Counted from the whole stretch's first letter, positions 39,241-52,400 are shown. The stretch: DNA of 63,991 nt, filler included, from Octopus bimaculoides (GCF_001194135.2; 6 parts of 6 records of this genome joined end to end with filler, not necessarily neighbours in it), one strand, 5' to 3'. The notes: generated from the sequence alone by a model not told the origin. Numbers and translations: made by a program.

Positions 39241-40587
39241 TTATATATGTAAGAGTGAAGTTTAATTGTAGGTCTCGGTAGAATTTTATTGAGTTGCGGA
39301 ATAAATACCTTGTGACACAGTTGCTCCTAAGTTTTTTATATTGAGAAGGAATGTAAAATTCCAAATTTAGATTTAGTATGATGCTAATTAAAATGTTTCA
39401 GTTAATAATATATACAGTATACAGTGCACCTTATTATTTTCATGTTAATGTTGATACTTATATTTATTAAATGGCAAGAAACTAAGGCTCATTTATGCCT
39501 AGTTTCAATAAGATTAGTAACATAATTGGATTAAGTACAAAATATTTGATTTACACGAAAAAATAAAGATTGAAATCAACATATTTTGTACCTCCGAAGA
39601 CGTGAACTAAACTAGCTTCTTATATTAGAATCGTTACCACCTCATGCAATCATATTATACCCAAATTGTTTTTGTCAATGAGCGTCTTCAGATATGTACT
39701 AGTAAGTAACTTTCGAATGATTAAGGTGTTGTTTGTATTACGATGGGATATTACTAGATATATTCAACGTTTACGTAACCAGTTTTGAAAGCGTTAACAA
39801 TTTGATAGTTTCTCTCTAAAATTTCATTCAGTTCTCCTGTATGAGACTTTAATCTAAAAATAAAGAAAATACAGAGACGACGTGAAATAATAACAATGTA
39901 TATTAGGTTGATTCTCAGAAAAAAAGTGGAAGATGACTTTAACCTTCCGAGCCTACTCTCTTCTGCGAAATAATAAATGAGCAGAGAGACATGGAGAGAA
40001 AAATAAAGAAAAAACGTGCCAGGGGATGATGTACGGTTGTTAGTGTCTTCTTCTTTATTTATATTTGATTCGGGTCTTGATGGGAATATTTGTCTAGTTT
40101 CTGCTTGCATCTTTGTTTTCGAGAAACAAAATGGCGGACTATAATTCTAAATATTTCCAAAGATTCAGAGGAAACTTCCTGTTCAACTAAGTTTGACACA
40201 TGATTTGGCTGCTTCAGCTTGTCTCTGCATTGTTTACTGTCATAAGATCTGTCAGTTATATTCGAAAATACCAATAATAAATACTACTAAGATTAAAAGT
40301 CAGAAAGATAAAGAAGCGCGTTTAAAGTAGACAATTCTATGTCTGTACACAAACCAAATGCGAATAATACAAGATTGTAGGTTAGTAAGTATATGTAATT
40401 TGATGTAGGAAGTCGTATATTTACCAAGTGTATTGATGTTGTTCATTCAGTGTAAGTCTAAATGTAAAAACACAATATTCCAAATGAAACTACTGGAAAA
40501 GAAACGAGACGGAATGTAAGCGAAGAAAGAATACTAAAATATTTCAACAGGATATTTAAACACCTGCTATATATAGACTTTTGTTTA

Positions 40588-40680
<93 letters not shown>

Positions 40681-41212
40681 CGTATGTATGTACGTATGTA
40701 TGTATGTATGTATGTATGTATGTATGTTTCAACAGAATCACTTTCAATATAGATATATCAGTACAACCTCCTACAGTCGCGATTATACTAAATTGTACCT
40801 TATGAAGTTATATGAAGGCCTATATCTTCCTCTAATTTTTGTTGCTGTTGTTATTGTTCTTCTTCTTTTCCTCCTCCTTTTTTTCTTCTTTTTCTTCATC
40901 ATCTTCTTCCCTTTCTCCTCCTCTCATTCTCCCGCATATGTCCGTAGACATATATGATGTATTCAACGTATGCGTACGTTTTGTTTAGTGTATGTGTATG
41001 GATTGGAATAATTGGAATACTATGTGACTATATATATATACATATATATGCAAGTTAACACACATGAACAGAGAAACATACATATACATATATATGTATA
41101 CACATGCACACACATATATATATATAGTTCAAATTAACAGAAAACAAAAGATAAAGTCAGGTGTAGAAACAACAAGCTGGTGTATTAGTTTAACGCTCAG
41201 GAAGAATGGTAA

Positions 41213-41252
41213 TTCTTTTACGTTTCGAGCCTACGCTCGTCGACTGAAAGGA
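41213..41252 (-). ncRNA. Minimal hammerhead-like motif, same family as 11189 and 25508
   Basis: Minus strand reads CUUU-CAGUCGA-C-GAGC(GUAG)GCUC-GAAAC-GUA-AAAG. The downstream CTGAGCGTTAAACTAATAC is shared with the other copies. Confidence 0.45.
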
Positions 41253-42959
41253 TTAAGAAGAAACAATTAGAAGTTATTTATGATGGAGCTCAGGTGTACA
41301 AGTTATCGTCTCTTGAAATCGATCGTTCACCGAATGTAGACCCTTAGTTGGTCTGAACGTGGGCTTCTACGGTACATTTATACACAAGTGGTTATAAATA
41401 TCATTTCTCTGGCTCTGATATACTTAGGGACGGTTTGAAATCGCACTTGGTTTTGAAGCATACTCCCACTAATGCATTATCTTAAAAAAGCCGTAATGTT
41501 ATACACTATGCTCTTGAGCTCCGAAATGTAGATAATCATCGTCTTGACTCCGGAATTAGTACCATCTACAATAACTGGGGTGGACACGGGCCAAATACGT
41601 GCAAACATCGTAAACCCGACTTACTTCGACTTAAATATGCAAACCCCTCCCACCTTAACAGTATTGACGCTAACACTCTTGATTTCCTCTATAAGGGGAA
41701 ATATATTATTGGCCATTATATTTAGGGATCCCTAGTCCAGTGGTGGCAGGTAAAACTGTACTGGAAAATTTTCACAAAATTGTTCCCTGAAAGACAATTG
41801 CTGGAATTTTGTGGTAGAACATCCTACATATATGTATGTATATATGTGTGTATGTATGTATGTAGGGCGAAACACCCAACATATATATTTATGTATGTCT
41901 CTATGAATATATATACATATATGTGTGTACACTTACGCACACGCACGTTTCTATAATACAAATGATAACGGGTGTGAAAGAGAAGAACGAATGGGAGAAA
42001 GGCATACCTTGTTATATAATATTATGTGTTATGAAAAGTAGACAGAAGTATTGGACTTTGGATCTGATAAACATTATTGGTATTTTACGTAAATCAGTTA
42101 GATTTTGGAAGCGATTAAGTTTAGTCTTTCCATTTCCAGTTTATATTTCATCTTATTTTTGTGTTAAAAACGTTTGGTTAAACATTTTCTTTAAGATTTA
42201 TTTCTCAAGATGTATCACTTAGGACTTCTACACCTCTCCATTTTGATATTAATCTATAAATTTCTGCTATAAATGACTTAATATGACAACTAACTGTCAG
42301 GTAATTTATGATTTATTGTAAAACATGCCAGCTAATTTGGAAAATAAATATTATCACTACATTTTCACTATTAGTTGTAACGGCCATACTACCGTCAAAA
42401 TATAATTTAAAATAAGTAACATATATATATACAATATTAAATCCAATTTCATGTCTAGACAATTATAAAATATATTCACGCTTTCCAGTTCCGTATCGTA
42501 TTTTTCTTAGTAATAACTTGTGTGTCTTGTTTGCTTGATGTTCATTAAAAAACAATCGGTAGTGTATTTTTTTTTATAAGACAAAGGGACCAGTGATAAC
42601 TTTAATATGTGTAGGAGGTTAGTTTATCTATAGTATATACTAAAGACTATAAATTGGATATTTCCTGAAGAACTGGACAGACATGTATTATAATGTGCAC
42701 TCCGTATACATAGAAACGAATCATTTACGAACTTGCGAATTGATGGAACACTAATTTGATGTAATTTCTTTCGCTATTAATTTGTGTTAAATATTTGATC
42801 GGAAATGTTTGGCAGACAAATATGACAGTCAAATGTTCTGTTGTCAATGTTATATGTAGTTGTTGACATTTTCCTCGTTTATCCAACAATAAATATGTCA
42901 GTCTTGTTCAAGCATATTTGTATGTATGCATATGTAAGTGTGAGTCTGTCTCTGATCTA

Positions 42960-43011
<52 letters not shown>

Positions 43012-43117
43012 GACAACAAAAGAATGAATGAGATCTCGATATTATATAAATGGAGGTATTTATCTGTTATATAATATGTGACCATTATTCGGTTGCCATA
43101 ATAAAACACCGAGTTTC

Positions 43118-43230
43118 GGAGTGTGGGCAGAAATCTGCTCCAGTATCTCGTCAATTATTAAGACAAACAAAAATGTTTGTTTGTCTTAATAACTGATAAA
43201 ATGCCGGAGCAGATTTCTGCCCCGACATTC
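43118..43230. repeat. Hairpin/inverted repeat, about 110 bp
   Basis: Perfect 17-bp outer arms (43125-43141 and 43206-43222), inner arms matching at 20/21 (43151-43171 and 43176-43196), and a 4-nt loop. Confidence 0.85.
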
Positions 43231-44173
43231 GAACGTAGTACCTTCTGTCGTACGGTGCTTGTTTACACGTTTGGTTGGTTTATTCATAATATCATAAGCG
43301 GCCTTGTGTTATGAAAAGTATGCTACCTCCCCATACTTTTACTTTTATTTTCACTTATTTCTTTATTTACATCTACCACATAATAGCTTGTCCTTAGGAT
43401 TTTTAATTTAACTGACCAATTATATTGATAGCTGGACTTTGTTCAATACCATTGCAGAAAACAAGTGGTTTGTCTTTAGAATGTATCAGTAAGCATATTA
43501 ATGTAACTAATTTACGAGCATATTATTTAGATAAATATTTATTAATAATATTTACGAAATCTTAAGTATTATCAATTTTGTAGATCTGTTGGCGAATCCC
43601 GTTCTACAAAAGGTTTTATTTTATTTTTTTATCACTGTTACTCCCAAAGAAAGATTAACCCACCAAATAATTTTCTAGTGTAGTCATTTTCTCAATGAAT
43701 TGAAGCGTTACACTGCAACACGGTACGATTAAAATATATTAAGCCTTCTTTTCTCATTTCGAGGCCCTTTTCGTTTCTCTCCTCGTCTTTGATTTTATGT
43801 ATTTTCTTCACTCTCATGACGCTCCATCTATTAGATCGGATGTGCTATTGAATATCACAAATATTATTCTTAGAATTGTCTTTGGCATCGCTGAGGGACA
43901 TTGGGAGTAGAAATGCATAAAACTTTGTATAAAGCTTTGTATTAAAAAATAATAATTAATGGTAGTCAATCTGTTTGTTGATCAAAGATTATCTCCATTT
44001 TCTGCTTAATTTACATTTGATTCCTGATAAGCTCTTCTTTATTTTGTTATTGCCTGTATTCTACGAGCATGATATGCTTGCATATGTATGCCCAGGTTTA
44101 ACATAGTTGATTTATACCGACCGGTAGTAAAAACAGATATTCTTATTCCAACTGCTAACTATACTAACCTATG

Positions 44174-44256
<83 letters not shown>

Positions 44257-44671
44257 GTGTGTGTGTATGTGTATGCGCGTGTGCGTGAGTGTGTGTGTAT
44301 AAGAAAATAGATATTGTTTCGTACACACAGCACACAATAATATGGAAATGTAATGGTATATCTTTTTGTACCTCCGACGAGATTCAACATTATAATGTTT
44401 TTAATTATACTAATTAATTTATAATTCTCTTTTCAATCGAAACGGCTACCAGAGATGATGACCAATTTAGTAATTAATGAATAATTATTAATTATCTCTA
44501 TTTCCTTTTTTCTCTGAAATAAGTATATATATATATATAAACCCCGCTTTATCTAATTACCTTACAGTTGAATATTAAATATGACATTCAATACCTATTG
44601 TAATAGGTAAAATACTAGTATCTTCATTGGATTTTATTATCCCTTAATGAGGTATTTAACATTCAATTGAA

Positions 44672-44708
<37 letters not shown>

Positions 44709-44713
44709 TAAAC

Positions 44714-44887
44714 ATGAATATGTATTCAGTCCAAGTTTCGTTGCCAGATGTCATCCCAGGAACTGCTGCATTCGTGCTCCTGCTCGTTCTCTCAGTGATC
44801 GATGGCATGCTGGTCTTTAATCTGATCATTATATTTCCAATTGCTACTGTCTTACCATTTGTAAGAAGAGGCTCTATTTTATCCTAG
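44714..44887 (+). CDS. Candidate hydrophobic small ORF or internal exon (44730-44860) of an unidentified membrane protein
   Basis: MNMYSVQVSLPDVIPGTAAFVLLLVLSVIDGMLVFNLIIIFPIATVLPFVRRGSILS*. It has an internal CAG acceptor and GTAAG donor and is locally GC-richer. No family recognised. Confidence 0.25.
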   Translation: MNMYSVQVSLPDVIPGTAAFVLLLVLSVIDGMLVFNLIIIFPIATVLPFVRRGSILS

Positions 44888-45934
44888 GTGTCGTTTCAAT
44901 CCTTCGGAGGTGTCTAGTTTTATTGCAACTTTATGAAAGTGGAGCGAATTCGGAAGTACGTCATTGTTTTAATTTCATTCCATCTCTAATTCATTTATAT
45001 GTGATTGGCCATTTTAATATCATGCATAGAAAAATGTTGTAAATGTGGCTTGCATTTTCGTAGATATTTATTAGATCGAATTAATATATCATACTATATT
45101 AGAAGTGCACTCTTTTGGTTAATTTCTCCTTCAAATGCAGTCGTTGTTGTATGACTGCCACTCCCGTCTGAGCCTGTACATCTGCAACAGATGATGCAGC
45201 ACCATCAGCAGCTGACACGATCTCTTCGAGCGCAGCTCTATTGCCTTTCAAGACTGACGGATGCCTAATTTGTGTTCGTTTGTAATAAGTGAAGACTCCA
45301 TTGTGTATTTCACCAAATGATTACAGATTGTATTAGTTATATATTATATGTAGCTAATTTCTGAATCACAGGCGTAAGTAAAGAAGTTTCACACCCACAG
45401 TGCATCGGAAGTAGCACTTCCAACCCGTCACACTGCTTGATTAAATTATTTGCATTTTCCAAACTTGATAATAGATTTCGTCAGCTTATTCTAACTTGAA
45501 AGATTCATTCACAAATGACATGTTGTCATCCTGAAAATTCCTTTAAAATGACAACTTTAAATTCAACATCTAAAATCCATTATCTCTAAATGTAAATGTC
45601 TGTGAGATATATACTTAGTGACAGAGACCTTTAAGCGCTATCACGCGGTTATTAAATTTGTTTGATGACGTCAAAACATATAGCGAGAAACGGTAAATAA
45701 ACTTGGCAAACGCTGAAATTTACAAAAGGAAAAATTATGGAATAATGTGAAGATGAATTGTAGAGTATAAAAAAAACTGCATTTGGCTGACAGACGTGAC
45801 GAGGCGCTAAATGAGATGTATTTCGGCCTTTGAAACTAAGTTATACTAGGAAGAAGAAAAAATATATATATATATATCACCACCACAAACATACACACGA
45901 ACAAATACATACATATATTCATAAATATATATAC

Positions 45935-46007
<73 letters not shown>

Positions 46008-46571
46008 CATACATGCATACATACATACATACATACACTCCAGCGCACAGTACATATTTAACACATGCAATGGAATTCCTTTAGGGAATGAATATTACAA
46101 AAACGCAGATCTAAACGAAGTAGTTGTGGAATAAATTACTAAATGAAAAAAGATAAACGTAATGGATGGCATTTGCATTTAGGAAGAAAAATATGGTAGA
46201 TACGAGAAATATAGGAAACTACGAGAAGTTAATTTTTGAAGCAAATCACTTGTGAAGGACATCACATTTCAACCTAATGAAGAATAGGTCTTGAAATTAC
46301 AAAACGCGAAGCAGTAGTCATCTTAAGACGACTTGGAGCAACTAAATTTTAAAAAAAAAACTATTTAGAAGAATGTAACTCTATGATGCAGAATGAAATA
46401 AGAAAAAGGAACGAATGGAAAGACATAAGAAAAAAATATTAGATCTACAGAGAAAAAGACGTAGAGAAACAAGAGACGAATTGAAATAAAATACTAGAAT
46501 CATCTCATCTGTTCATCCGTGATTAAAAGATTATGAAGGTAGTTACGAAGAGAACCTGTGAAAATGGAAAC

Positions 46572-47040
46572 CTAAAACATGTGTATCTTAAACCTACGTA
46601 TGTTAAACATACGTCTCCCAAACATACGTATGTTAAACATCGGTTTCTCATACATACGTATGTTACACATACGTATCTTAAACACGCCTACCTTAAACAT
46701 GCGTACCTTAAACTTGCGCATCTTAAACATACATATTTTAAACATGCGTATCTTAAACATACGTACGTTAAACATGCGCATCTTAAACATACGTATCTTA
46801 AACATACGTATCTTAAGCATAAGTATTTTAAAGATACGTATCTTAGACATACGTATATTAAACATACGTATCTTAAGCATAAGTATTTTAAAGATACGTA
46901 TCTTCGACATACGTATCTTAAACATGCGTATCTTAAACATGCGTAACTTAAACATGTGTACTTTAAACATACGTATCTTAAACATACGTATCTTAAACAT
47001 ACGTATCTTAAGAATACGTACCTTGAGCATACACAGCTTA
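46572..47040. repeat. 15-bp minisatellite (AAACATACGTATCTT)n, about 31 units
   Basis: Direct observation. The unit is 5 codons long, which explains four overlapping repetitive ORFs. Confidence 0.95.
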
Positions 47041-48699
47041 TGAACAACAGAAATACAAATAATTTTTTCTATAATAATTTACAAGTCAGATCAAGTATTA
47101 GGTAAAAGGATGCCGCACCTAACCCTTTATGTGTAGCAGTAGTACATGATGGAAAATGATAGATGATAAATAATGCAGAGTTAATGAATAATATGAATAC
47201 AATATTTCATCGAAAACGAAGCAAATTCAATTAATTCGTAAAACACTTCCAAAGAATCACTGGAAGTACATTCCAAACTACACCGTAGAATCAAAGAAAA
47301 TTGAATACAGCAAGCTAGCATCGCGAAGAAAATGGTATGAGTATTATACTGGCCGCATCAATAAATTGTAAGATTCATTTCTAAAAAATTACATTAGAAA
47401 GATAAGGTAGAAATCAATGGTAAGACAAAAATCATTTTACATGGAGCAAGATCTGATGATTTTTCAGCTATTTACCTATCGGACTTTAGCTCCAGGGTGG
47501 CAGTTGCAAAGATGTCTGCGAGGTGAAGAACCGTAATACAGTCATCTGCTACTAACTCGTGTCATCACTGTTAGCGATAGCATGTTTTAAAAATTTGTCA
47601 TCGAAAATTAAGAACCTATTTTATGTAATCCTACCTTCTGTATAATTATGTGACTGAAGAATCTAATATAATTTCCTATAGCTATCATTATTCTTTCATC
47701 ATTTAATTAAATCGTGGACGACGGAAACAATAACTTGTATGAGATTACTACCAGCTTTTATCTGCAGCCGTATATTCTGTCTTACAGAAATACCATTTAT
47801 GAAGTAATCTATAAATTTCAAAGAAACTGTTTCGTCAGCAGAAACTATTTTCTTTTGCTGATATTGAAAAGTGTAAATACGAAAAGAGGTAAGTTTTGTT
47901 TTATAAACAATGTCTTCTTCAATTGAAATATATTGATATGATATATTCTCGTTCTGAAGAGTTTTAATTAAAGCACAATAATTATGTGGTCATTAACGAA
48001 TAATTTCCATTTCCAATTTGTGCTTCATACTTCCTTTTTCATATCAATATTATTCAAATAATTTATTGGCTAATTAGTTATGAAGACGAAGTAGAAACGA
48101 AATGAGTTGGATTTCTAAATTACTGAAAATTAATGATTTCTCACATAGGACCTGGAGGTAAATAATCATATAATTCTGTAGCGTATAAATATCAATATTA
48201 TTCAACTGTCAGCGAAACGAACTGGTAGAAACTTTAGCACGCCAGGCAAAATATTAGGTTGTCAAGTAAGAATTTTCTAATAAGGTATATGGTAAACATT
48301 GTTGGCAGCTGCTCATTTTGCACCATTATTATATTTTGACAACCTTTATTCTGCCAAGTTCGAATTTGCCTTTCATGCTTTCGGCATGGATAACATAAGT
48401 ACCAAACGGGCATACTGATTATGCAATCGACTTACTCAACCCCTCAAAATTACTGCTTTTGTGTCAAAATGAGAAAATAATGTTATTTTAAATGGAACAA
48501 TCAGTTGGCAAACTTGATTAGCGGCATTTTGTCCGTCCTTACGTTCTAAGTCCAAATTCTGCTTAGGTTGACTTTGCATTTTATGCCTGTCTGCCTGAAT
48601 TCTATGCAGGCAGCAAGGATTAAAGGCGCTGTTTTTTGTGTATGGATCAGTTACACCTAAGGAAGTAAATCTGTGCTGTCAGTGGTCAGGACCTTCATG

Positions 48700-49150
48700 T
48701 TCAGTAAGACGGCGTATTTCTGGTGACAACAATAAGATATTACATTCTTACCATTTATGAAAACTGCAGATTGGTGGAGACAGAGTTGACAACTGCACAA
48801 TCAAAGCGGGTAAGGAAGATCCCTATCAAGAATACCCCATTTGATATTGAAGAGAAGCATTTCGATGGTCACGGAGTCTACATTCAAAGCGGGGCAGGGA
48901 TGTGGAGTTTTCTCTGTCACTGCACCTAAAGGAGTACATGTCGTGGTAAGCAATCCCTTAAAGTATTGCCTTGTAAAAACATCGGAAGCCATGAGGGTGT
49001 TTCTATAGACTACAGTCTTCGAAAAACAGGAGCTTGCCATTGGGCAGTCGGCAGGATTTCGGTAGATAGAAGTCAGTGTATGGGTCCAAGGATGTGTAAG
49101 TATGTGATTTCGCCTAGTGTACCGTGATATGTTTGATTGGATGTTGTCTA
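48700..49150 (-). mobile_element. Possible PLE reverse transcriptase/thumb fragment
   Basis: ITYLHIL...SIYRNPADCPM resembles the PLE motif IxFLDV...T.IYRKPTD. Confidence 0.45.
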
Positions 49151-49395
49151 AATATTAGTTGCTGACATTGAAAGTGTGGCGATTGAAGAGTTTATAATAA
49201 CAAAGTGTTTTATGCGAATACTTTTTAATTAGCATCAGAGAGCTCCTACATATGTTAGTGAGGAATTTTAGGTTAAATAGGAGACTGAACCAAAGTATCT
49301 TTTCTCTTTCTCAATCTCTTCGAATTCGAGTGTGCGAAGAAATTTCGTCGATATGTAATTTAACGTATCGGTAAAACCATGGATATATGTATGTT

Positions 49396-49431
<36 letters not shown>

Positions 49432-49729
49432 NNNNNNNNNNNNNNNNNNNNNNNNNNNNNNNNNNNNNNNNNNNNNNNNNNNNNNNNNNNNNNNNNNNNN
49501 NNNNNNNNNNNNNNNNNNNNNNNNNNNNNNNNNNNNNNNNNNNNNNNNNNNNNNNNNNNNNNNNNNNNNNNNNNNNNNNNNNNNNNNNNNNNNNNNNNNN
49601 NNNNNNNNNNNNNNNNNNNNNNNNNNNNNNNNNNNNNNNNNNNNNTGTGTGTGTGAGTGTGTGTGTGTGTGTGTGCGTGTGATTGTGATTGTGTGTACGC
49701 GTGTGTGTACACATATAAATATATATAAA

Positions 49730-50190
49730 CTTAGGTATGTTTCGACCAAAGATTGGTCCAGGCCATGTCTAACTTAATATCACCACCTGATATGATGATC
49801 TAGAGTTTTTTCAAGTCACGTTTTGTGATACCATCGTCCATTGAAGTTGGGAGTTCTTGTTGAGTAAGTTGTATCCAGGTAGCTTATTTGGTATACCCTG
49901 AAGAAATTTGTCCAGACTGCGTTTAAAGATGATGCGGTCTTTTTCCTCTTTAATCAATTTTGGGACAATGTTAAACAGGGCAGGACCTGTTGAGGAAACG
50001 TGTCGCAGTGTATAAATATGTTCTGATCCTGAATTGGGCAGAGGACGTATGGCCGTGGTCCCGGCCTTGGATGAACATTGAAGCTAATGCTCAGGTCGTT
50101 TGGGCAATGTTGGCGGTATATACACTCCACATCGTACAAATGATGTACCGCTCGCAGTGGCGCTAGAGAGAATAGAGTTTCAAGGCTTTA
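49730..50190 (-). mobile_element. CR1-clade LINE 3' end with tail
   Basis: LKLYSL*RHCERYII...GPALFNIVPKLIKEEKDRIIFKRSLDKFLQGIPNK...NSQLQW, followed by CATGGCC-stem-loop-GAAAC. Confidence 0.8.
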
Positions 50191-50263
50191 AGGCAGTCCC
50201 ACTAATCGAGATCAATGATGCCCTTAATTCCTTTAGTGAATGCCCACTGGGGTGATTCAATTT

Positions 50264-50312
<49 letters not shown>

Positions 50313-50559
50313 AGGATCTTTTCAGTGCTACCAAATACATTCACAAGCATTTGGGCGGCAAAGGTCATATTATAAAACACTTGCCCAAGGTTTCAGGCGG
50401 TGCTACTGAACCAGGAATTATGTGGTTGGAAAACAGTGCAAACCACTTATCGCGCAGCTACGCCTGCGCCTGTATATGAATATGTCTATATATACGCACA
50501 CATACGCACACATATATATGTATTTATATATATATATAGATAGATAGATGGATAGACAA

Positions 50560-50606
<47 letters not shown>

Positions 50607-50921
50607 TTGCACCTATATACGCACACACACACATATATATGTATTGATATATATATATATATATAGGTGAGAAAGTTGGTATGTGAAAGCACGTGGCTAT
50701 CTTTTATATATATATAAGATAATAAGAGTGAAAAAACTACAGAAGGCTTGTGTTACATGGTTAAAGTATATATTTAAATTATGTCAGAAAAATGTTAGAG
50801 AAATGTTAGAAAAATGTTAGAAAATCTTTTTGGTATATAAACATTGTATTTTGAGAAATAACCGGTTTCGTGTTGTCTTTTCAAATTTCTCTACTTCATT
50901 GTGTCGTGTTCGTTCCAGTCT

Positions 50922-51021
50922 NNNNNNNNNNNNNNNNNNNNNNNNNNNNNNNNNNNNNNNNNNNNTTAATTAATTAANNNNNNNNNNNNNNNNNNNNNNN
51001 NNNNNNNNNNNNNNNNNNNNN
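50922..51021. other. Artificial contig spacer
   Basis: N44-TTAATTAATTAA-N44. Confidence 0.95.
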
Positions 51022-51076
51022 TATATATATATACACGTACACATACAAACATACATTCATACATACATATATTCAT

Positions 51077-51111
<35 letters not shown>

Positions 51112-51253
51112 CACACACATACATACACATATATATATATTTATATATATACGCTTGTCTTTATGTTGTAATAAAATCAATTTGATATTAAACTGAAGGA
51201 TTACACAATACATTTGGTACAGTACGACTTTATTACTCATCAGCAAGAATAGT

Positions 51254-51346
51254 ATTGACAGTGACTTCGAAGTTTCAGTCAGCTAAACCATCATTGGAAT
51301 ATCCGATGACGGTTTAGGTGGCAAAAACTTCGAAGTCAGTGTCAAT
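51254..51346. repeat. 93-bp hairpin
   Basis: Outer arms match at 21/22 and inner arms at 14/16, with a 3-nt loop. Confidence 0.85.
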
Positions 51347-51385
51347 TAAAGAATAATGTGTCCACACACAGACACACACACATAC

Positions 51386-51416
<31 letters not shown>

Positions 51417-51606
51417 AATACAAATAAATTTATAAATACAAAAGCACAAAGAAATACACAGACACACACACACATATACACACACATGCATACATACATA
51501 CCTACATATATACCTACATATATACATACATGCATACACACATACATGCATACCTAAATACATACATGCATGCATACATTCATACACACATACACACATA
51601 CATACA

Positions 51607-51638
<32 letters not shown>

Positions 51639-51647
51639 CATACAAAC

Positions 51648-52400
51648 TGATGCAGACTTTGTGGGTTTATCACTGAAGATATTAGCCACATCATAAGCAG
51701 TCGTCCAAAAATGTCATCACGGTACTATCTACCGATGAGATATGATGTTGTAGTTAGGAGACTGTATAATGAAATCCGTCGGAAGGTTAATCCCGAGGAC
51801 AAAGAAATAGGAACCCACAGTTCGTTAGAAGCCATGGCCACTCATAATAAAGAGGAGTACTGGTGGAATAAAACGTAAGAACAAAAGACCTGACATAATG
51901 ATTTGGGATAGAGAAGAGAAACTGTGTACAGTTGTGGGAATCAGCTGCTCAGCGGATGTTAACATAAAGCTGAGATCAGTGAAGAAGAGAATACCTACGC
52001 TGAACTATTGAGAAATCTGCAGTTACTCTATCCAGATTACAAGTTCAGGTTTATACCTGTAATTATTGGGGCCCTGGGATATGTAACACACTGCCTAAAT
52101 ACCAATCTTATGAAATTAGGCTTCACAAAACCAGAAAGGAGTTTGCTAATTCGAAGACTACATATTCAAGCCATTACTGGAACTGTAAAAATTTGTAAAA
52201 CTTTCCAGATGCTTATTTAAGTATATATGAGCATGCGGGTATATGCGTGAGATGACATCCGTAAAACGAAACATATAAATCTGCATGTATACATACATAC
52301 AAAAATACTCTGTTGTTGATGTTGAAATTCCAATGAAGGAGCCTTGGATGTAGGTTAGAAACCGGTTCTTTCTCTATTGGCAAGAAATCTTGAAATAAAN
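51648..52400 (+). mobile_element. R4/Dong-like (RLE-type) LINE 3' end, 5' truncated
   Basis: CRLCGFITEDISHIISS...RYDVV...EYWWNK...KRPDIMIWDREEKLCTVV...TYAELLRNLQLLYPDYKFRFIPVIIGALGYV...GTVKICKTF* (CCHC plus PD-(D/E)xK), followed by a 3' UTR. Confidence 0.85.

Noticed and set aside
40059-40274. Minus ORF with RSYDSKQCRDKLKQ, reminiscent of a Myb/SANT-like trihelix motif
   Set aside because: Only a short motif matches. The conserved upstream Trp residues and splice support are missing.
41486-41730. Stop-free + frame (…NNWGGHGPNTCKHRKPDLL…)
   Set aside because: There is no start codon or good acceptor and no recognised domain. It may be decayed retroelement sequence.
46572-47040. CRISPR-like array
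   Set aside because: There are no unique spacers and no cas genes, and the context is eukaryotic.
46533-47047. Four long overlapping ORFs
   Set aside because: They are a consequence of a stop-free 15-bp unit. No family similarity was found, so it is reported as a minisatellite only.
52318-52370. CCAATGAAGGAGCCTT...AGGTTAGAAACCGG as another hammerhead
   Set aside because: The core deviates too far from CUGANGA and stem I cannot be formed.
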